DNA from: a bacterium
GTDB taxonomy: Bacteria > UBA8248
Reading direction: 5' to 3'
NCBI GenBank assembly: GCA_965202625.1
Contig: CBDBBI010000010.1
Location: 2,496,001-2,560,000 of the forward strand
DNA: 64,000 nt
Shown here: one piece after another, positions 13,726 through 28,122 of the stretch
Numbering within the stretch: the stretch's first letter is position 1
Layout: each line of letters begins with the position of its first letter
The notes under the pieces: generated by a model
What the model saw: only the letters and a program-made list of their open reading frames with translations
Database searches by the model: none
Told to the model about the DNA's origin: nothing
Made by a program: the position numbers and the translations under genes

Positions 13726-14454
13726 ATGGCGTCGCGCTTCAGGGGACGAGACATTCATCCGACCCCCACCGGCCCCAGAGCCAATCGGGACATTCGCTCT
13801 CCGATGGTGAGGGTCATTGACGAGGAGGGCCAGCAGCTCGGCGTGCTCACCGCGGAGGAGGCGGTCGAGGCTGCCGAGGAGCGGGATTTGGACCTTGTGG
13901 AAGTGTCTCCCAACGCGGATCCGCCCGTCTGCAAGATCATGGACTTGGGCCGCTACAAGTATATGCTGCAGAAGAAGGCCCAGGAGGCCAAAAAAAAGCA
14001 GCGCGTCGTGGAGGTGAAGGAGGTCAAGCTGCGCATCAAGATTGAAGAGCACGATTACGCGATCAAGAGAAAGCACGCGGAGCGGTTTTTGAACGATGGG
14101 AACAAGGCGAAGGTCACCATCATGTTTCGCGGGCGGGAGGTGACGCATCCGGACCTGGGCCGGAAACTCCTGGAGCGCATGGCGAACGATCTGCTGGAAA
14201 TCGGCACGGTGGAGCAGTTTCCGAACCTGGAGGGCCGCAACATGACGATGGTTCTCGCGCCGAAATCGACAAAGCCGCCGAAAAAGGATACAACGCCGAG
14301 GAGGAAGTCGGCCAAAAGGATGGACGCTCCGGCGGAGGGGGAAAAACTGACGGCGCCCCTCGCCGAGGCGTTGCGAGAGGCGCAAGTCCAGGTGCGCCCG
14401 GCGAACGGGGCGGAGGACGAGAAACCCCAGGGAGAGGCGAGAGAAGATGCCTAA
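13726..14454 (+). CDS. infC: Translation initiation factor IF-3 with C-terminal extension
   Basis: [30 protein letters not shown]; thrS-infC-rpmI-rplT synteny. Confidence 0.93.
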   Translation: MASRFRGRDIHPTPTGPRANRDIRSPMVRVIDEEGQQLGVLTAEEAVEAAEERDLDLVEVSPNADPPVCKIMDLGRYKYMLQKKAQEAKKKQRVVEVKEVKLRIKIEEHDYAIKRKHAERFLNDGNKAKVTIMFRGREVTHPDLGRKLLERMANDLLEIGTVEQFPNLEGRNMTMVLAPKSTKPPKKDTTPRRKSAKRMDAPAEGEKLTAPLAEALREAQVQVRPANGAEDEKPQGEAREDA

Positions 14455-14644
14455 GATCAAGACGAACCGAGGGGCGGCCAAGCGCTTCAAATTGACCGCC
14501 AAGGGCAAGGTGAAGCGCGCCCGTTCCCATCACCGTCATATTCTGACGAAGAAGACGACGAAAAGAAAAAGGGAACTTCGACACGGCGTCATAGCGAACT
14601 CCACGGACGCGAAGATGATCAAGCGGCTGATACCCTATATGTAG
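14447..14644 (+). CDS. rpmI: 50S ribosomal protein L35
   Basis: [15 protein letters not shown]...HILTKK. Confidence 0.96.
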   Translation: MPKIKTNRGAAKRFKLTAKGKVKRARSHHRHILTKKTTKRKRELRHGVIANSTDAKMIKRLIPYM

Positions 14645-14818
14645 ATTTTTCGCATCGACGGACGCGCGAGGAGGGCACCGCTCGTCTTTTTCGCGCCTCT
14701 GGGCTTGCGCTCCTCCCCCGTGGCGGGTATATTCCCCACCTTGGGCGGCGGGGAGTATTCACGCGGGCCGGGCTTTGTGGAACGAATGGGAATCATCGAA
14801 CCTGGGAGTATATGAATT

Positions 14819-15172
14819 ATGCCGCGCGCGACAGGAAAACCGGCGTCCAGAGAGCGACATCGCAGGCTTCTCAAGGAGGCGAAGGGCTTCAGGGGCGCCC
14901 GATCGAAGCGGTATCGCTCCGCTCGTGAGACCGTCCACCGCGCCCGCGCCTACGCTTACCGGGATCGCCGGGTGCGCAAGCGCGAGTTCAGGCGCCTTTG
15001 GAACGTGCGCATCAACGCGGCGGCGCGCCTGCACGGCCTCAACTACAGCCGCTTCATCTGGGGGCTGGGCCAGGCGGGGGTGGAGGTGAACCGCAAGATT
15101 TTGGCGGAGTTGGCGGTTTCCGACCCCCAGGCTTTCGGCAAACTCGTGGAAATCGCGCGGGCACAGGCCTAG
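14819..15172 (+). CDS. rplT: 50S ribosomal protein L20
   Basis: [35 protein letters not shown]. Confidence 0.96.
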   Translation: MPRATGKPASRERHRRLLKEAKGFRGARSKRYRSARETVHRARAYAYRDRRVRKREFRRLWNVRINAAARLHGLNYSRFIWGLGQAGVEVNRKILAELAVSDPQAFGKLVEIARAQA

Positions 15173-15194
15173 AATCCAGCGAGAGGACGCGCGC

Positions 15195-15227
15195 GGGCTC
15201 CGCCCTCCGGGGGGCGGGGCTTTTTTT
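15195..15227 (+). terminator. Intrinsic terminator after rplT
   Basis: GC-rich hairpin GCTCCGCCC...GGGCGGGGC followed by T7. Confidence 0.75.
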
Positions 15228-15253
15228 GTAAAAGCGCAGGAGATGGAGAAGGC

Positions 15254-16366
15254 ATGAGCGAGAACCTCCTGATGGACATCGTTCTTGAGGCGTCGGGCGC
15301 CCTCTCTGAAGCCTGGAGTGCGCGCGACGCGCAAGCCGCTGAGGACGCGCGCATCCGCTATCTGGGCCGCAAGGGCGGCATGCTCAACCAGGTGATGCGG
15401 GGCCTGAAGGATTTATCCGGAGAGGAGAAGCGCGTCGTCGGCCCGCTGGCCCATGCGGTGCGCACCTACGTGGAGGCCAGCGTTTCGGCCGTCAAGGAGG
15501 GCGATGCGGAGAGGATCGTCGAGGCGCATCGCGCCCTGGGCGACGCGCTCAGGGGAAGGGAAAGCGGCGAGGCGCTGGGCGAGAGGCTCGGGCGGATGGC
15601 GGATGAGATTCTCGGCCTCGGTGCCGCCCCGTCTTCTGCGCCCCCCCGCGTTGACCTCACGATTCCCGGACGCGCCCCCCGCATCGGTCATGAACATCCG
15701 CTGATGCAGACGATGGCGGATCTCATCGACGCGCTCACGCGCCTGGGCTATTCTGTGGCGGATGGTCCGGAGGCGGAGCTCGATTATTATAATTTTGAGG
15801 CGCTGAACATCCCTCCGGACCACCCGGCGCGGGACATGCAGGATACCTTCTATCTTGAGGGGGGCGCCCTGCTGCGCACGCACACGTCGCCTGTGCAGAT
15901 TCGCGTCATGGAGGCGCAGGCCCCGCCCGTGAAGGTCATCGCCCCCGGCAAGGTGTTTCGCTGCGACGCCGACGTGACGCACGCGCCCATGTTTCACCAA
16001 ATCGAGGGTTTGTACGTGGACAAGGACGTGTCCTTCGCCGACCTCAAGGGGACGCTGGAAGCCTTCGTGCGTGAAATTTTCGGGCCGGATTACCGGGTGC
16101 GCCTCAGACCCAGTTTTTTCCCCTTCACGGAGCCGAGCGTCGAGGTGGACATCGCCGGCGACTATCTGGCCGGCGGGGAATGGATGGAGGTTCTGGGCGC
16201 CGGTATGGTGGACCCCGCCGTGTTCGAGGCCGTGGGCTACGACCCGGAGGAGTGGAGCGGGTTCGCCTGGGGCCTGGGCGTGGAGCGTATCGCCATGCTG
16301 CGCTATGGCGTCAGCGACATCCGTCTTTTCTTTGAAAACGATCTGAGAATGTTGCGGCAATTCTGA
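15254..16366 (+). CDS. pheS: Phenylalanine--tRNA ligase alpha subunit
   Basis: [34 protein letters not shown]. Confidence 0.96.
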   Translation: MSENLLMDIVLEASGALSEAWSARDAQAAEDARIRYLGRKGGMLNQVMRGLKDLSGEEKRVVGPLAHAVRTYVEASVSAVKEGDAERIVEAHRALGDALRGRESGEALGERLGRMADEILGLGAAPSSAPPRVDLTIPGRAPRIGHEHPLMQTMADLIDALTRLGYSVADGPEAELDYYNFEALNIPPDHPARDMQDTFYLEGGALLRTHTSPVQIRVMEAQAPPVKVIAPGKVFRCDADVTHAPMFHQIEGLYVDKDVSFADLKGTLEAFVREIFGPDYRVRLRPSFFPFTEPSVEVDIAGDYLAGGEWMEVLGAGMVDPAVFEAVGYDPEEWSGFAWGLGVERIAMLRYGVSDIRLFFENDLRMLRQF

Positions 16367-16401
16367 TGTTTGGCGCAGGAGGTGCGCGATGAGGAGCCCT
16401 G

Positions 16402-18816
16402 ATGCGGATTAGTCTGGAGTGGCTCGCGGATTTCCTCGACCTCGACCTGGAGGACGCGGAGTTGCCCGATCGCCTGGCGAACGGGCTTTTGCTTGCCGGC
16501 CTGGAGGTCGAGGCGCTTGAGCGGCCAGCGGAGAAGTTCGACGGCCTGGTCGTGGCCGAGGTGTTGTCCGTGGCGCCCCACCCCAACGCGGAAAAGCTCA
16601 AGGTATGCCGCCTCGCCGATGGCGTGCGCGAACGCTCCGTCGTGTGCGGCGCGCCCAACGTCGCGGCGGGCGGGCGCGTTGTTCTGGCGGTGCCGGGGGC
16701 GCGGATGCCGGGGGGGAAGAAGATCGAGCGCGTCCGGATTCGCGGCGAGCAGAGCGACGGGATGATCTGCTCTGAGCGCGAACTCGGCGTGGGGACGGAT
16801 CATAGCGGCGTCATGCTGCTCGACGACGCCTCCGCCGTCGGGAGCGACGCGGCGGTGCTTCTGGGTCTGGGGGACGTGATTTTCGACATCTCCATCACTC
16901 CGAACCGGGCGGATTGCCTCTCCGTTCTGGGCGTGGCGCGGGAGGCAGCGGCTCTTTTGGGCGCGCCGTTGCGTATGCCAAAAATTTCGGTGCGAGAGGA
17001 CATGCATCTTTCGGCGGCCTCGGCCTGCACGGTAGAGATATGGGATGCGGACAAATGTCCGCGCTACGCCGCCCGTGTCATGAAGGGAGTGGAAATCCGC
17101 CCTTCGCCGGCGTGGATGCAGCGGCGTTTGCGGGCGGCCGGAATGCGGCCGATCAGCAACGTGGTTGATGCGACGAACTACGTGATGCTCTCTCTCGGAC
17201 AGCCGCTCCACGCGTTTGATCTGCGGCGTCTGGCCGATCAGAAAATCATCGTGAGAAGGTGGGCCGAAAGCGACGGCTCCTTCACCACGCTGGATGGCCA
17301 GAAGCGCGAGATGGACGATGCGGACCTCATGATCTGCGACGGAGAGAAGCCCGTCGCCGTCGGCGGCGTGATGGGCGGCCTCGACTCCGAGGTGAGCTCC
17401 GGTACGCAGGACATACTTCTTGAGAGCGCCTACTTCACGCCCCAGAGCATTCGGCGCACGCGCAGACGCCTGGGCATGTCAACGGAGGCGTCCTATCGTT
17501 TCGAGCGCGGGGTGGACCCTTCCGGGACCGCGCGCGCGGTGGATTTGGCCGCCGAGCTCATTCGCCAAACCTCGGGCGGCGTCGTCGCGCATGGGGTGAT
17601 AGACGTCTATCCCGAGCCCATCGCGCCGAAGCGGGCGCCGCTTCGGGTGGCGCGCGCATCGCGCCTGCTTGGCGTGTCCCTGGACGCCTTCCAGGTGAGC
17701 GAGAGTCTTGAATCTCTGGGAATGCGCGTGGACGTGGGGGAGGAGAGGGACGTTTTCAGCGTCGAGGTTCCGACATTTCGCCCGGACGTGGAGCGCGAGG
17801 TGGACCTCATTGAAGAAGTGGCCAGAAGGGTGGGATATGAGAACATTCCCGCCACCTTGCCGGCCACGGGAAGCCCCGCCGCGCGCCCCGCCCGCGTTCG
17901 CTCCCTTGAGTTGCAGGCGCGCCGGATGATGCTGGCCGGAGGGTTCAGCGAGGCGCTGAACTACAGTTTCGTCAGTCGCAGGGCGTTGCGGCGCATGGGA
18001 TGGCGCGATGAGGAGATGGTCGCGCTGCGCAATCCCCTGAGCGTCGAGATGGACGTGCTCAGAACCACGCTGCTCGCCGGCTTGTTGGCGAACGCGGCGC
18101 GCAATCTGCGCCGGGGAGCGCATGAGATTCGCCTGTTTGAGCTAGGGCGCACGTTTCATCCTGCTGAAGGGGAGACGCTGCCGCATCAGGCGCTGCGCTT
18201 GGCTGGCCTCGTGGTGGGGGGCGCGCCGTCCGATGGAGATGCGCCGCTCTCAGGCGCCTTGTTTGAACTCAAGGGGGTGCTCGAGCGCTTCCTCGGCTCG
18301 TTGCGGGTGAAAAACCTCTCGTTCACTCCGACCGACGCCGTTCCGGGGTGGGATGCGTCCGCTGCTTCACGCATCCTCGTCTCAGGCGCGTCGCTCGGCC
18401 ACGTGGGGTTGACATCGCCCGAGGCGCTGGGTGCGTGGGACGTCGGAACCGGCGCGTCCGCTTTTGAAATCAGCCTCGCCTCCCTGTCCGAAATCAAGCC
18501 CGCGCCTCTCCGCATGACTCCCTTGCCGAAATATCCGGCCTCATTGCGCGATTTGGCGGTAGTGGTGCGCGCCGATCGAACAAACGCGGAGGTGGAGGAA
18601 GTCATCCGCAAAGCGGGTGGAGGCTGGCTCGAATCGGTGGATTTGTTCGATCTCTATGTGGATGCCGCTCTCAGTGCCTCCGGAAGAAAAAGCCTCGCCT
18701 ACTCTCTGGTGTTTCGCCATCCGGAGGCCACGCTCACCGACGCGCAGATCGAGGAGGCGTTCGGGAGGATCGTGGAGCGTCTGGACGCTGAACTGGGGGC
18801 GCGTCTTCGGGCGTGA
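16402..18816 (+). CDS. pheT: Phenylalanine--tRNA ligase beta subunit
   Basis: HPNAEKL, VVCGAPN, ITPNRADCLS, RFERGVD, DLIEEVAR and C-terminal FDX-ACB domain. Confidence 0.95.
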   Translation: MRISLEWLADFLDLDLEDAELPDRLANGLLLAGLEVEALERPAEKFDGLVVAEVLSVAPHPNAEKLKVCRLADGVRERSVVCGAPNVAAGGRVVLAVPGARMPGGKKIERVRIRGEQSDGMICSERELGVGTDHSGVMLLDDASAVGSDAAVLLGLGDVIFDISITPNRADCLSVLGVAREAAALLGAPLRMPKISVREDMHLSAASACTVEIWDADKCPRYAARVMKGVEIRPSPAWMQRRLRAAGMRPISNVVDATNYVMLSLGQPLHAFDLRRLADQKIIVRRWAESDGSFTTLDGQKREMDDADLMICDGEKPVAVGGVMGGLDSEVSSGTQDILLESAYFTPQSIRRTRRRLGMSTEASYRFERGVDPSGTARAVDLAAELIRQTSGGVVAHGVIDVYPEPIAPKRAPLRVARASRLLGVSLDAFQVSESLESLGMRVDVGEERDVFSVEVPTFRPDVEREVDLIEEVARRVGYENIPATLPATGSPAARPARVRSLELQARRMMLAGGFSEALNYSFVSRRALRRMGWRDEEMVALRNPLSVEMDVLRTTLLAGLLANAARNLRRGAHEIRLFELGRTFHPAEGETLPHQALRLAGLVVGGAPSDGDAPLSGALFELKGVLERFLGSLRVKNLSFTPTDAVPGWDASAASRILVSGASLGHVGLTSPEALGAWDVGTGASAFEISLASLSEIKPAPLRMTPLPKYPASLRDLAVVVRADRTNAEVEEVIRKAGGGWLESVDLFDLYVDAALSASGRKSLAYSLVFRHPEATLTDAQIEEAFGRIVERLDAELGARLRA

Positions 18817-18824
18817 TCGTTTCC

Positions 18825-18853
18825 TTGACACCGCTTTTTTGCGAAATTAGAAT
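18825..18853 (+). promoter_or_regulatory. Sigma70-type promoter of zapB-zapA
   Basis: TTGACA-17 nt-TAGAAT. Confidence 0.65.
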
Positions 18854-18912
18854 CTCCCGTACGTCTTTGTCTCAACCGCGCTTTTACGCCCTATCTAGGA
18901 AAGTGAGCTTAA

Positions 18913-19167
18913 ATGGTCATTGAAAAACTGGATGCACTCGAATCGACGATCGCAAGCGTTCTAGAGGAACGCAAGGTGCTCAGGGAAAACCGGACCGAGC
19001 TGGAGTCGCAGATAGAAGCGTTGAAGGAGAAATCCCGGACCGCTTCGGAGATCGCGCGCACTCAGGCCAGCGAGATAACGGAACTTCAGGCGGAAAATGC
19101 GCGTCTTCAGGAGGAGCAGGCCGAGGTGCGCGCGCGCGTGGAGAAGATTCTGGGACGCATCGAGTAA
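18913..19167 (+). CDS. zapB: ZapB-like coiled-coil cell division protein
   Basis: 84-aa heptad coiled coil between pheT and zapA. Confidence 0.65.
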   Translation: MVIEKLDALESTIASVLEERKVLRENRTELESQIEALKEKSRTASEIARTQASEITELQAENARLQEEQAEVRARVEKILGRIE

Positions 19168-19205
19168 TTCGGAGGGATGCGGGACGACGGCGTAAGGAGA
19201 CGGGT

Positions 19206-19484
19206 ATGGCCGAAGGGAATAATCTGGAGGTGAGAATTTTTGGCCAGTCTCTGCATTTGAGAAGTTCGGCGAATTCTGAATATACGTCCCGGCTCGCCGA
19301 ATACGTGGATTCGCAAATTCACAAGGTCTCGCGCCAGTCGAACGATCCGCTCAAAGTCGCTCTGCTCGCGTCGATGAACATCGCCAGTGAATTGTTTGAG
19401 GAGAAAAAGACGAAAGAGAAAAGCGAGGAAGTCCTCTCCCGACGCGCCGATTCCCTCCTGGAAATGGTGAGAAGGGCGGACTGA
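19206..19484 (+). CDS. zapA: Cell division protein ZapA
   Basis: VRIFGQ...LAEYVD...VALLASMNIA pattern; synteny with 6S RNA and ygfA. Confidence 0.85.
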   Translation: MAEGNNLEVRIFGQSLHLRSSANSEYTSRLAEYVDSQIHKVSRQSNDPLKVALLASMNIASELFEEKKTKEKSEEVLSRRADSLLEMVRRAD

Positions 19485-19554
19485 GCCGAGATTCTCACCG
19501 CGCGGCGGGCTCTTCTGGTATTCATCCCCCGGTTTTGATGGTATGATACATTTT

Positions 19555-19738
19555 GCTTTGGCCCTGCCGTGTTCGTGATGGGGGAAAGCATTTTGACCCA
19601 GTACTACTTTGACGGGAGTCCTGCCCCGCTGTGGTGAGTCATTCCCCTTGGGGAATTTGACCTAAAGCCGCGGACTTGGGCACCCACCTGGCGAAAGCTG
19701 GGTTCAAAGCGAACCTCACACGGCACAAGGCGGGGTCA
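19555..19738 (+). ncRNA. ssrS: 6S RNA
   Basis: Canonical zapA-ssrS-ygfA position; long rod pairing TGCCGTGT (19565-19572) with ACACGGCA (19718-19725) and TTGACCCA with TGGGTTCAA; extended -10 TGGTATGAT at 19539-19547; ends approximate. Confidence 0.85.
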
Positions 19739-19812
19739 TTGCGCATATTCTCCGGCATCGCCCGAGGCTTTTTTGCGCCAAGGGGCTTGCGCCTAGCGGT
19801 GGAAGCCGATTC

Positions 19813-20430
19813 ATGGCCGTGCGGAATGATGAGAAACGAGCCGTTCGACTGCGGATGAAGGAGATGCGAGCGCGTCTTCCCGCTGCCGAGGGCGGCGCGT
19901 TGGGCTGTCGGGCGGGGCGCCGCATGGATGTCCTTTTGCGCTTTCTGGGTGCGCGAAAGGTGGGAATCTATGCGGCGGTTCGCGGTGAGATAGATCTCTC
20001 CTCGCTCTGGGGGAAAGGGAGGGATGAGAAGAGGAGATACTATTTCCCCAGAGTAGAGGGAGACGTTTTGCGTTTCTGTCCGGTGCGTTGTCCCGACAGG
20101 GAGCTTCAGCCGGGCGCGTTTGGCATTCCAGAACCTTTCCGCGACGTTCCGGCACTGGACGTGAATGCGCTTGATGTGGTCGTCGCCCCCGGCCTCGCTT
20201 TTGCTCCGCATGGCGCCAGGCTGGGCAGCGGCGGCGGATTCTATGATCGAACGTTTCAGCGTCTTCCAGATGATTCGGACGATTCCGGACCCTTGTTCGT
20301 GGGCGCGTGCTATGCGTTTCAGTTGCTCGTGCACGAATCTTTCAGAAAAGACGCCTGGGACGTCGGCGTTGACTGGGTGATAACCGAGAGGGAGGCGCTG
20401 CGTTGCCTCCCGCGTGAATATATGTCCTAG
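19813..20430 (+). CDS. ygfA: 5-formyltetrahydrofolate cyclo-ligase
   Basis: FGIPEP, VVAPGLAF, RLGSGGGFYDR, WDVGVDWVITE. Confidence 0.9.
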   Translation: MAVRNDEKRAVRLRMKEMRARLPAAEGGALGCRAGRRMDVLLRFLGARKVGIYAAVRGEIDLSSLWGKGRDEKRRYYFPRVEGDVLRFCPVRCPDRELQPGAFGIPEPFRDVPALDVNALDVVVAPGLAFAPHGARLGSGGGFYDRTFQRLPDDSDDSGPLFVGACYAFQLLVHESFRKDAWDVGVDWVITEREALRCLPREYMS

Positions 20431-20439
20431 GAGACAAGT

Positions 20440-22023
20440 ATGGACAACGCGGTTTTGTTGTGGGCGCTAGTTGTTGGTTTCATCGTTGTTTGCGTGGTGG
20501 CGTTCCTCATCCGGTGGGCCATGAAGCGCCGCTATGACGAGATGCTCGCCCGCTCGGAGTCGGATTTCGACAAGCGGATTCAACAGGTGAACGAAAGCGC
20601 GTCGAAGGAGGTATCGCAGAAGATTCAGAAATCGCAGATGGCACACCAGGCGGAATTGTTGCAGGAGCGGGAGCGCATTCAGCGAGAGAACAAGTCCCGC
20701 GTGGAGGAGCTGCAAAAACTCGAGCAAAGGGTGAATAAACGCGAGGAGACTCTGGACAGGCGACGCGAGAGCCTCGACGGCAAGGAAGCGACGGTCGAGC
20801 GTCGTGAGGCCGCGCTGGGGCAAAAGGAGCAGGAGCTGAGAGAGGAGGCGGCTCATTATAAGCGATTGCAAGAGGAGGAGCTCAAGAAACTGGAGGAAAT
20901 TTCTGGTCTGAGCGTCGAGAACGCGAAAAAGGAGTTGATGGATCGCTTTATGGAGGAGGCGAAGCAGGATATCGCCGCCGATGTGCGGCGTCTTGAACGC
21001 CAGGCGAAAAGTTCCGTGAACTCGGAGGCGCGAAAAGCGCTCGCCCTTGCCGTCGAGCGCTTCTCCTCCGAGCACGTGGCGGAGAACCTGGTGTCCGTGG
21101 TGGATTTGCCTACCGATGGAATGAAAGGCCGCATCATCGGCCGTGAAGGCAGAAACATCCGCGCCCTGGAGATGGCGACCGGCGTGGACGTGATCATCGA
21201 CGATACGCCTGAGGCCGTCGTCGTCTCGGGTTTTGACAAGGTGCGCCGAGAGACGGCGCGTCTCGCGCTTGAGGCGCTGGTGCAGGATGGGAGGATCCAC
21301 CCCGGCAGAATCGAAGACATCGTCAACAGGACGAAGAAGGATATCGACGGGCAGATACGCCGGGCCGGCGAGGAAGCCGTCCTGGAACTGGGGGTTGGCG
21401 ATGCGCATCCCGAGCTCGTAGCGTTGCTGGGGCGTCTCAAATACCGAACGAGCTACAGCCAGAACGTGCTGATGCACTCCAAGGAGGTGGCCTATCTCGC
21501 GGGAATGCTGGCGGATGAATTGCGGATAGACCCCACGATGGCCAAACGCGCCGGCTTGTTTCACGACATCGGCAAGGCGGCGACGCATGAGGTTGAGGGC
21601 TCTCACGTCCAGATAGGTTATGACATCGCCAAACGCTACAACGAGCCGCCCGAGGTCCTCAACGCGATTCTCTCTCATCATGAGGACGAGGAGGCGAACT
21701 GCGTCGAATCCGTTCTGGTGAAGGCGGCCGATACGCTCTCCGCCGCTCGGCCGGGGGCGAGGCGCGAGATGATGGAGAGCTACATCAAGCGCCTCGAGGC
21801 ACTGGAGAGGATCGCCGAATCCTTCAAGGGTGTGGAGAGGTGCTTCGCCATTCAGGCGGGCCGGGAGATTCGCGTGTCCGTCCTGCCCGATGAGATCACC
21901 GATTCGCAGGCCACCTTCCTGGCGCGCGACATCGCCAAGAGAATCGAGAGTGAGCGCACCTATCCGGGCGAGATACTCGTCACCGTCATCCGTGAAACCC
22001 GTCACACCGCCACCGCGCGCTGA
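20440..22023 (+). CDS. rny: Ribonuclease Y
   Basis: N-terminal TM, coiled coil, KH domain ([13 protein letters not shown]), HD domain (HDIGK), SAARPGAR. Confidence 0.95.
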   Translation: MDNAVLLWALVVGFIVVCVVAFLIRWAMKRRYDEMLARSESDFDKRIQQVNESASKEVSQKIQKSQMAHQAELLQERERIQRENKSRVEELQKLEQRVNKREETLDRRRESLDGKEATVERREAALGQKEQELREEAAHYKRLQEEELKKLEEISGLSVENAKKELMDRFMEEAKQDIAADVRRLERQAKSSVNSEARKALALAVERFSSEHVAENLVSVVDLPTDGMKGRIIGREGRNIRALEMATGVDVIIDDTPEAVVVSGFDKVRRETARLALEALVQDGRIHPGRIEDIVNRTKKDIDGQIRRAGEEAVLELGVGDAHPELVALLGRLKYRTSYSQNVLMHSKEVAYLAGMLADELRIDPTMAKRAGLFHDIGKAATHEVEGSHVQIGYDIAKRYNEPPEVLNAILSHHEDEEANCVESVLVKAADTLSAARPGARREMMESYIKRLEALERIAESFKGVERCFAIQAGREIRVSVLPDEITDSQATFLARDIAKRIESERTYPGEILVTVIRETRHTATAR

Positions 22024-22030
22024 GGACGCC

Positions 22031-22816
22031 TTGAAACTGCTGTTTATTGGAGACGTCAACGGAAAAGTGGGCCGCCGGATGGCCGCCGCCCACCTGCGCG
22101 CGATTCGGAAGGAGCGCGGAGTGGACGTGTGCGTCGTCAATGGGGAGAACGCGGCGGGCGGTTTTGGAATAAACCCCAGCCACGTCGATAAGTTGCTTGA
22201 TGCGGGCGCGGACGTCATCACTTCGGGGAATCACATCTGGAATCGGCCGGAAACCGCCGATTTCATCGTCGACGAACCCCGCTTGCTCAGGCCGGCGAAC
22301 TATCCGCCCCAAACGCCCGGCAAGGGCGTCTTCGTCCTCGAATCTAAGAAAGGCCGCCTCGCCGTTCTGAATCTCATGGGCCGCGTTTTCATGCCGCCTG
22401 TCGAGTGTCCCTTCAGGGAAGCTGACGCGCTTTTGAGAGAGGCGCGTCGGGAAGCGACGATGGTGATGGTGGATTTTCACGCGGAGGCCACGAGTGAGAA
22501 GGTGGCGATGGGATGGCACCTTGACGGCCGCGTGAGTGCCGTTTTTGGCACGCACACCCACGTTCAAACGGCAGACGAGCGGGTGTTGCCCAAGGGGACG
22601 GCGTTTATCACGGACGTCGGCATGACGGGGCCTCGCAATTCCGTCATCGGCATGAAGACGGAGATCGTTCTGGATAAATTTCTCTCAGGGCTTCCCCGTC
22701 GTTTCGAGGTGGGCGGAGGGGAGGGGCAACTCAACGGCGCGCTCGTCGAGATAGCTCCGGATAGCGGAAAGGCCCTTTCCATTGAGCGCGTCCAGGTTTG
22801 CGAGGGGACGCGGTAG
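22031..22816 (+). CDS. ymdB: YmdB-like metallophosphoesterase (TIGR00282-type)
   Basis: LFIGDV, NGENAAGG, TSGNH, DFHAEATSEK, GTHTHV, TDVGMTG; TTG start after rny. Confidence 0.92.
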   Translation: MKLLFIGDVNGKVGRRMAAAHLRAIRKERGVDVCVVNGENAAGGFGINPSHVDKLLDAGADVITSGNHIWNRPETADFIVDEPRLLRPANYPPQTPGKGVFVLESKKGRLAVLNLMGRVFMPPVECPFREADALLREARREATMVMVDFHAEATSEKVAMGWHLDGRVSAVFGTHTHVQTADERVLPKGTAFITDVGMTGPRNSVIGMKTEIVLDKFLSGLPRRFEVGGGEGQLNGALVEIAPDSGKALSIERVQVCEGTR

Positions 22817-22854
22817 CAATCTCGCTCGTTTCGTTTCCACTGTGGAGAGGGTCC

Positions 22855-23454
22855 TTAGGGATGTCCGTTTCTCTGGGCGGCCTTCTCGTGGGCGGCGGGT
22901 TCTTGGGTCTTTTGATTTTGCAGCAACGCGAGCAGCCGCTTCAGGCGCCATCTGGGCGAGCGCGATTCTAGGAAAGCCTGCTTTTCCCGAAGGGGTAGTC
23001 TGAGCGCCTCGGCCACAACGAAGGAGAGGTGAAACGGGTTTTTTCGCAACTCCTCCGGTAAACGCAAGGGCGCCGCTCCTCCTCCCTTGAGGGTGCTCCA
23101 TACGCTTTCGCATAATTCGGCGGTTTCCTCGGCTTCGTCATGAAAATCACTCACTTCTCCCTCGAGGTAGGGGCGCACGTCATAGGTGCGAAAAAGCGCG
23201 AACCGCTGTGCGCCCCGGGTCAGGATGTTCATTCTGCCGTCAGGGAATTTTTTGAGTATTTGGGTGATGTGGGCCGCACATCCCACTTTGTGGATGCCGC
23301 TTCTCTCCACGAGGACGACCCCGAAGGGCGCGTCGCCTTCAATGCATTCGCCGATCATGGTCTTGTACCGTTCCTCAAAAATGTGTAGGGGCAAACGCTG
23401 GCCAGGCAGGAGCACGACCTGAAGCGGGAAGAGGGGTAAGCGATAGGTAGCCAT
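22855..23454 (-). CDS. LON peptidase substrate-binding (N-terminal) domain protein
   Basis: LPLFPL.VVLLPG..LPLHIFEERY..M, DGR.NI...G..RF. Confidence 0.85.
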   Translation of the reverse strand: MATYRLPLFPLQVVLLPGQRLPLHIFEERYKTMIGECIEGDAPFGVVLVERSGIHKVGCAAHITQILKKFPDGRMNILTRGAQRFALFRTYDVRPYLEGEVSDFHDEAEETAELCESVWSTLKGGGAAPLRLPEELRKNPFHLSFVVAEALRLPLREKQAFLESRSPRWRLKRLLALLQNQKTQEPAAHEKAAQRNGHP

Positions 23455-23739
23455 AAGAAAAGTCTATCCCGAATGGCGCGATTTTGGAACTCTAGGAAAA
23501 AGCCGCCGGAGGAGAAATGCTGCGAGCGGGGCCGTGCGGCGGTGCGCTTCGACGTTCTGGAAATCCGGCGGCCGTTCTCGGTGTTTCCCGGCTGAATGGA
23601 GGCGATGCGGACGCCACGTCGCTCGCTCGGGACACTCCCAAAATTCGCCTCAGGCTGGCTTGTTCGCGCGCGAATATGGTATTTTGCTTGCCCTGAGAAA
23701 TAGAGGAGCCTCCCTCTTGCGTTTTTGGAGATTCTCACG

Positions 23740-25362
23740 ATGAGCGAGCCGAGCATCACTACGGCGCAAAGTGCCTGGCCCACGGAAGTAAGAGACAAGG
23801 CCACGCTATCGGGAATTGCTCTTCCAGCGTTTTTTGGCCCGGAGAGCGTAAATTCCGAGAGTTCCGATGAGAAGCCGGGCGTGTATCCTTACTCCCGAGG
23901 CATCCATGAAAGTATGTACCGGGGCCGGCTCTGGACGATGCGCCAATACGCCGGTTTCGGCAGTGCGAGGGAGAGCAACGAACGCTACCGCTACCTCCTC
24001 AGGCAGGGACAGATGGGAATTTCCGTGGCTTTTGATCTCCCCACCCAGATTGGCTACGACCCGGGCCATCCCCTCGCCTATGGCGAGGTGGGCCGCGTGG
24101 GGGTGTCCATCGCCTCCATTGAGGACATGGAAGCGCTGCTGGAGGGCATTCCCCTGGACAAAATTTCCACGTCTATGACCATCAACGCCACCGCCGCCAT
24201 TTTGTTGGCCCTTTATATCGCGGTGGCCGAGAAGCGTGGCATTCCGTCCGAGTCGCTTAGAGGAACCGTGCAGAACGACATCTTGAAGGAATACGTCGCG
24301 CGCGGAACCTATATTTATCCGCCGGGGCCGAGCTTGCGCCTGATCACCGACACGATTTCGTTTTGCAGGGAAAGGGCGCCGAAATGGAACGCCATATCGA
24401 TTAGCGGCTACCACATTCGGGAGGCGGGCGCCACCGCCGTCCAGGAAGTCGCTTTCACGCTTGCGAACGCCATCACCTACGTGCGGGCCGCGGTGGATGC
24501 GGGCATGAACGTGGATGAAATCGGATCGCAGATATCCTTTTTCTTCAACGTTCACAATCACTTCCTCGAAGAGATCGCCAAATTCCGCGCCGCGCGGAGG
24601 CTTTGGGCGCGGATTATGCGCGAGCGCTTCGGGGCGCGCTCTGAGAAGGCCTGCGCCTTGCGGTTTCATTCCCAAACCGCCGGAAGCGCGTTGACTGCGC
24701 AGCAGCCGAAAAACAACGTCGTCCGCGTCGCGCTTCAGGCGATGGCCGCCGTGTTGGGGGGCACGCAGTCGCTTCACACGAATTCGATGGACGAAGCCCT
24801 CTCTCTGCCTACGGAAGAGGCGGCGCGGCTCGCGCTCAGAACCCAGGAAGTGCTCGCCGAGGAATCGAACGTGGCGAACGTGGCGGACCCATGCGGTGGG
24901 GCGTACGCCATTGAATCACTGACATCGGAGATCGCCTCTCGGGCGGAAGAGATGATTCAGCGCATCGACGACGCCGGCGGGATGCTTCGCGCCATTGAGA
25001 CGGGATGGACGCAGCGCGAGATTCAGGAGAGCGCGTATACCTACCAGCGGGCCGTGGATGCGGGGGAAATAGTCGTCGTTGGCGTCAACAAGCACCAAAA
25101 GCAGGAGAATACGCCCATCTCGACTCTCCAGATTCGCCCGGAGGTTGAAGCGGAGCAAAAAGAGCATGTTGCCTCTCTCAGAAGAAGGCGCGACGCCACG
25201 CGCGCGCGCGCGGCTTTGGCGTCCTTGCGGCAGGCCGCCGGCGGGGCGGAGAATCTCCTGCCCTACATCTTGGGAGCGGTGAAGGCGCGCGCCACGGTGG
25301 GGGAAATCGCGGACACCATGCGCGAGGTTTTTGGTCTGTATCAAGAGGGCGTTTTCATCTAA
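23740..25362 (+). CDS. Methylmalonyl-CoA mutase, substrate-binding large subunit (B12-binding domain encoded elsewhere)
   Basis: [40 protein letters not shown]; no DxHxxG domain. Confidence 0.92.
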   Translation: MSEPSITTAQSAWPTEVRDKATLSGIALPAFFGPESVNSESSDEKPGVYPYSRGIHESMYRGRLWTMRQYAGFGSARESNERYRYLLRQGQMGISVAFDLPTQIGYDPGHPLAYGEVGRVGVSIASIEDMEALLEGIPLDKISTSMTINATAAILLALYIAVAEKRGIPSESLRGTVQNDILKEYVARGTYIYPPGPSLRLITDTISFCRERAPKWNAISISGYHIREAGATAVQEVAFTLANAITYVRAAVDAGMNVDEIGSQISFFFNVHNHFLEEIAKFRAARRLWARIMRERFGARSEKACALRFHSQTAGSALTAQQPKNNVVRVALQAMAAVLGGTQSLHTNSMDEALSLPTEEAARLALRTQEVLAEESNVANVADPCGGAYAIESLTSEIASRAEEMIQRIDDAGGMLRAIETGWTQREIQESAYTYQRAVDAGEIVVVGVNKHQKQENTPISTLQIRPEVEAEQKEHVASLRRRRDATRARAALASLRQAAGGAENLLPYILGAVKARATVGEIADTMREVFGLYQEGVFI

Positions 25363-25427
25363 GGCGGGGTGGAATGCACCTCGCCACTCCATTTTTCCGC
25401 GCGCGCGGCATTTGGAGAAGGCGCGAT

Positions 25428-28073
<2,646 letters not shown>

Positions 28074-28122
28074 CCACGCATCCGCGCTTCTCTCGCATTG
28101 ATTCACCAGATAGTTTTTTCTT

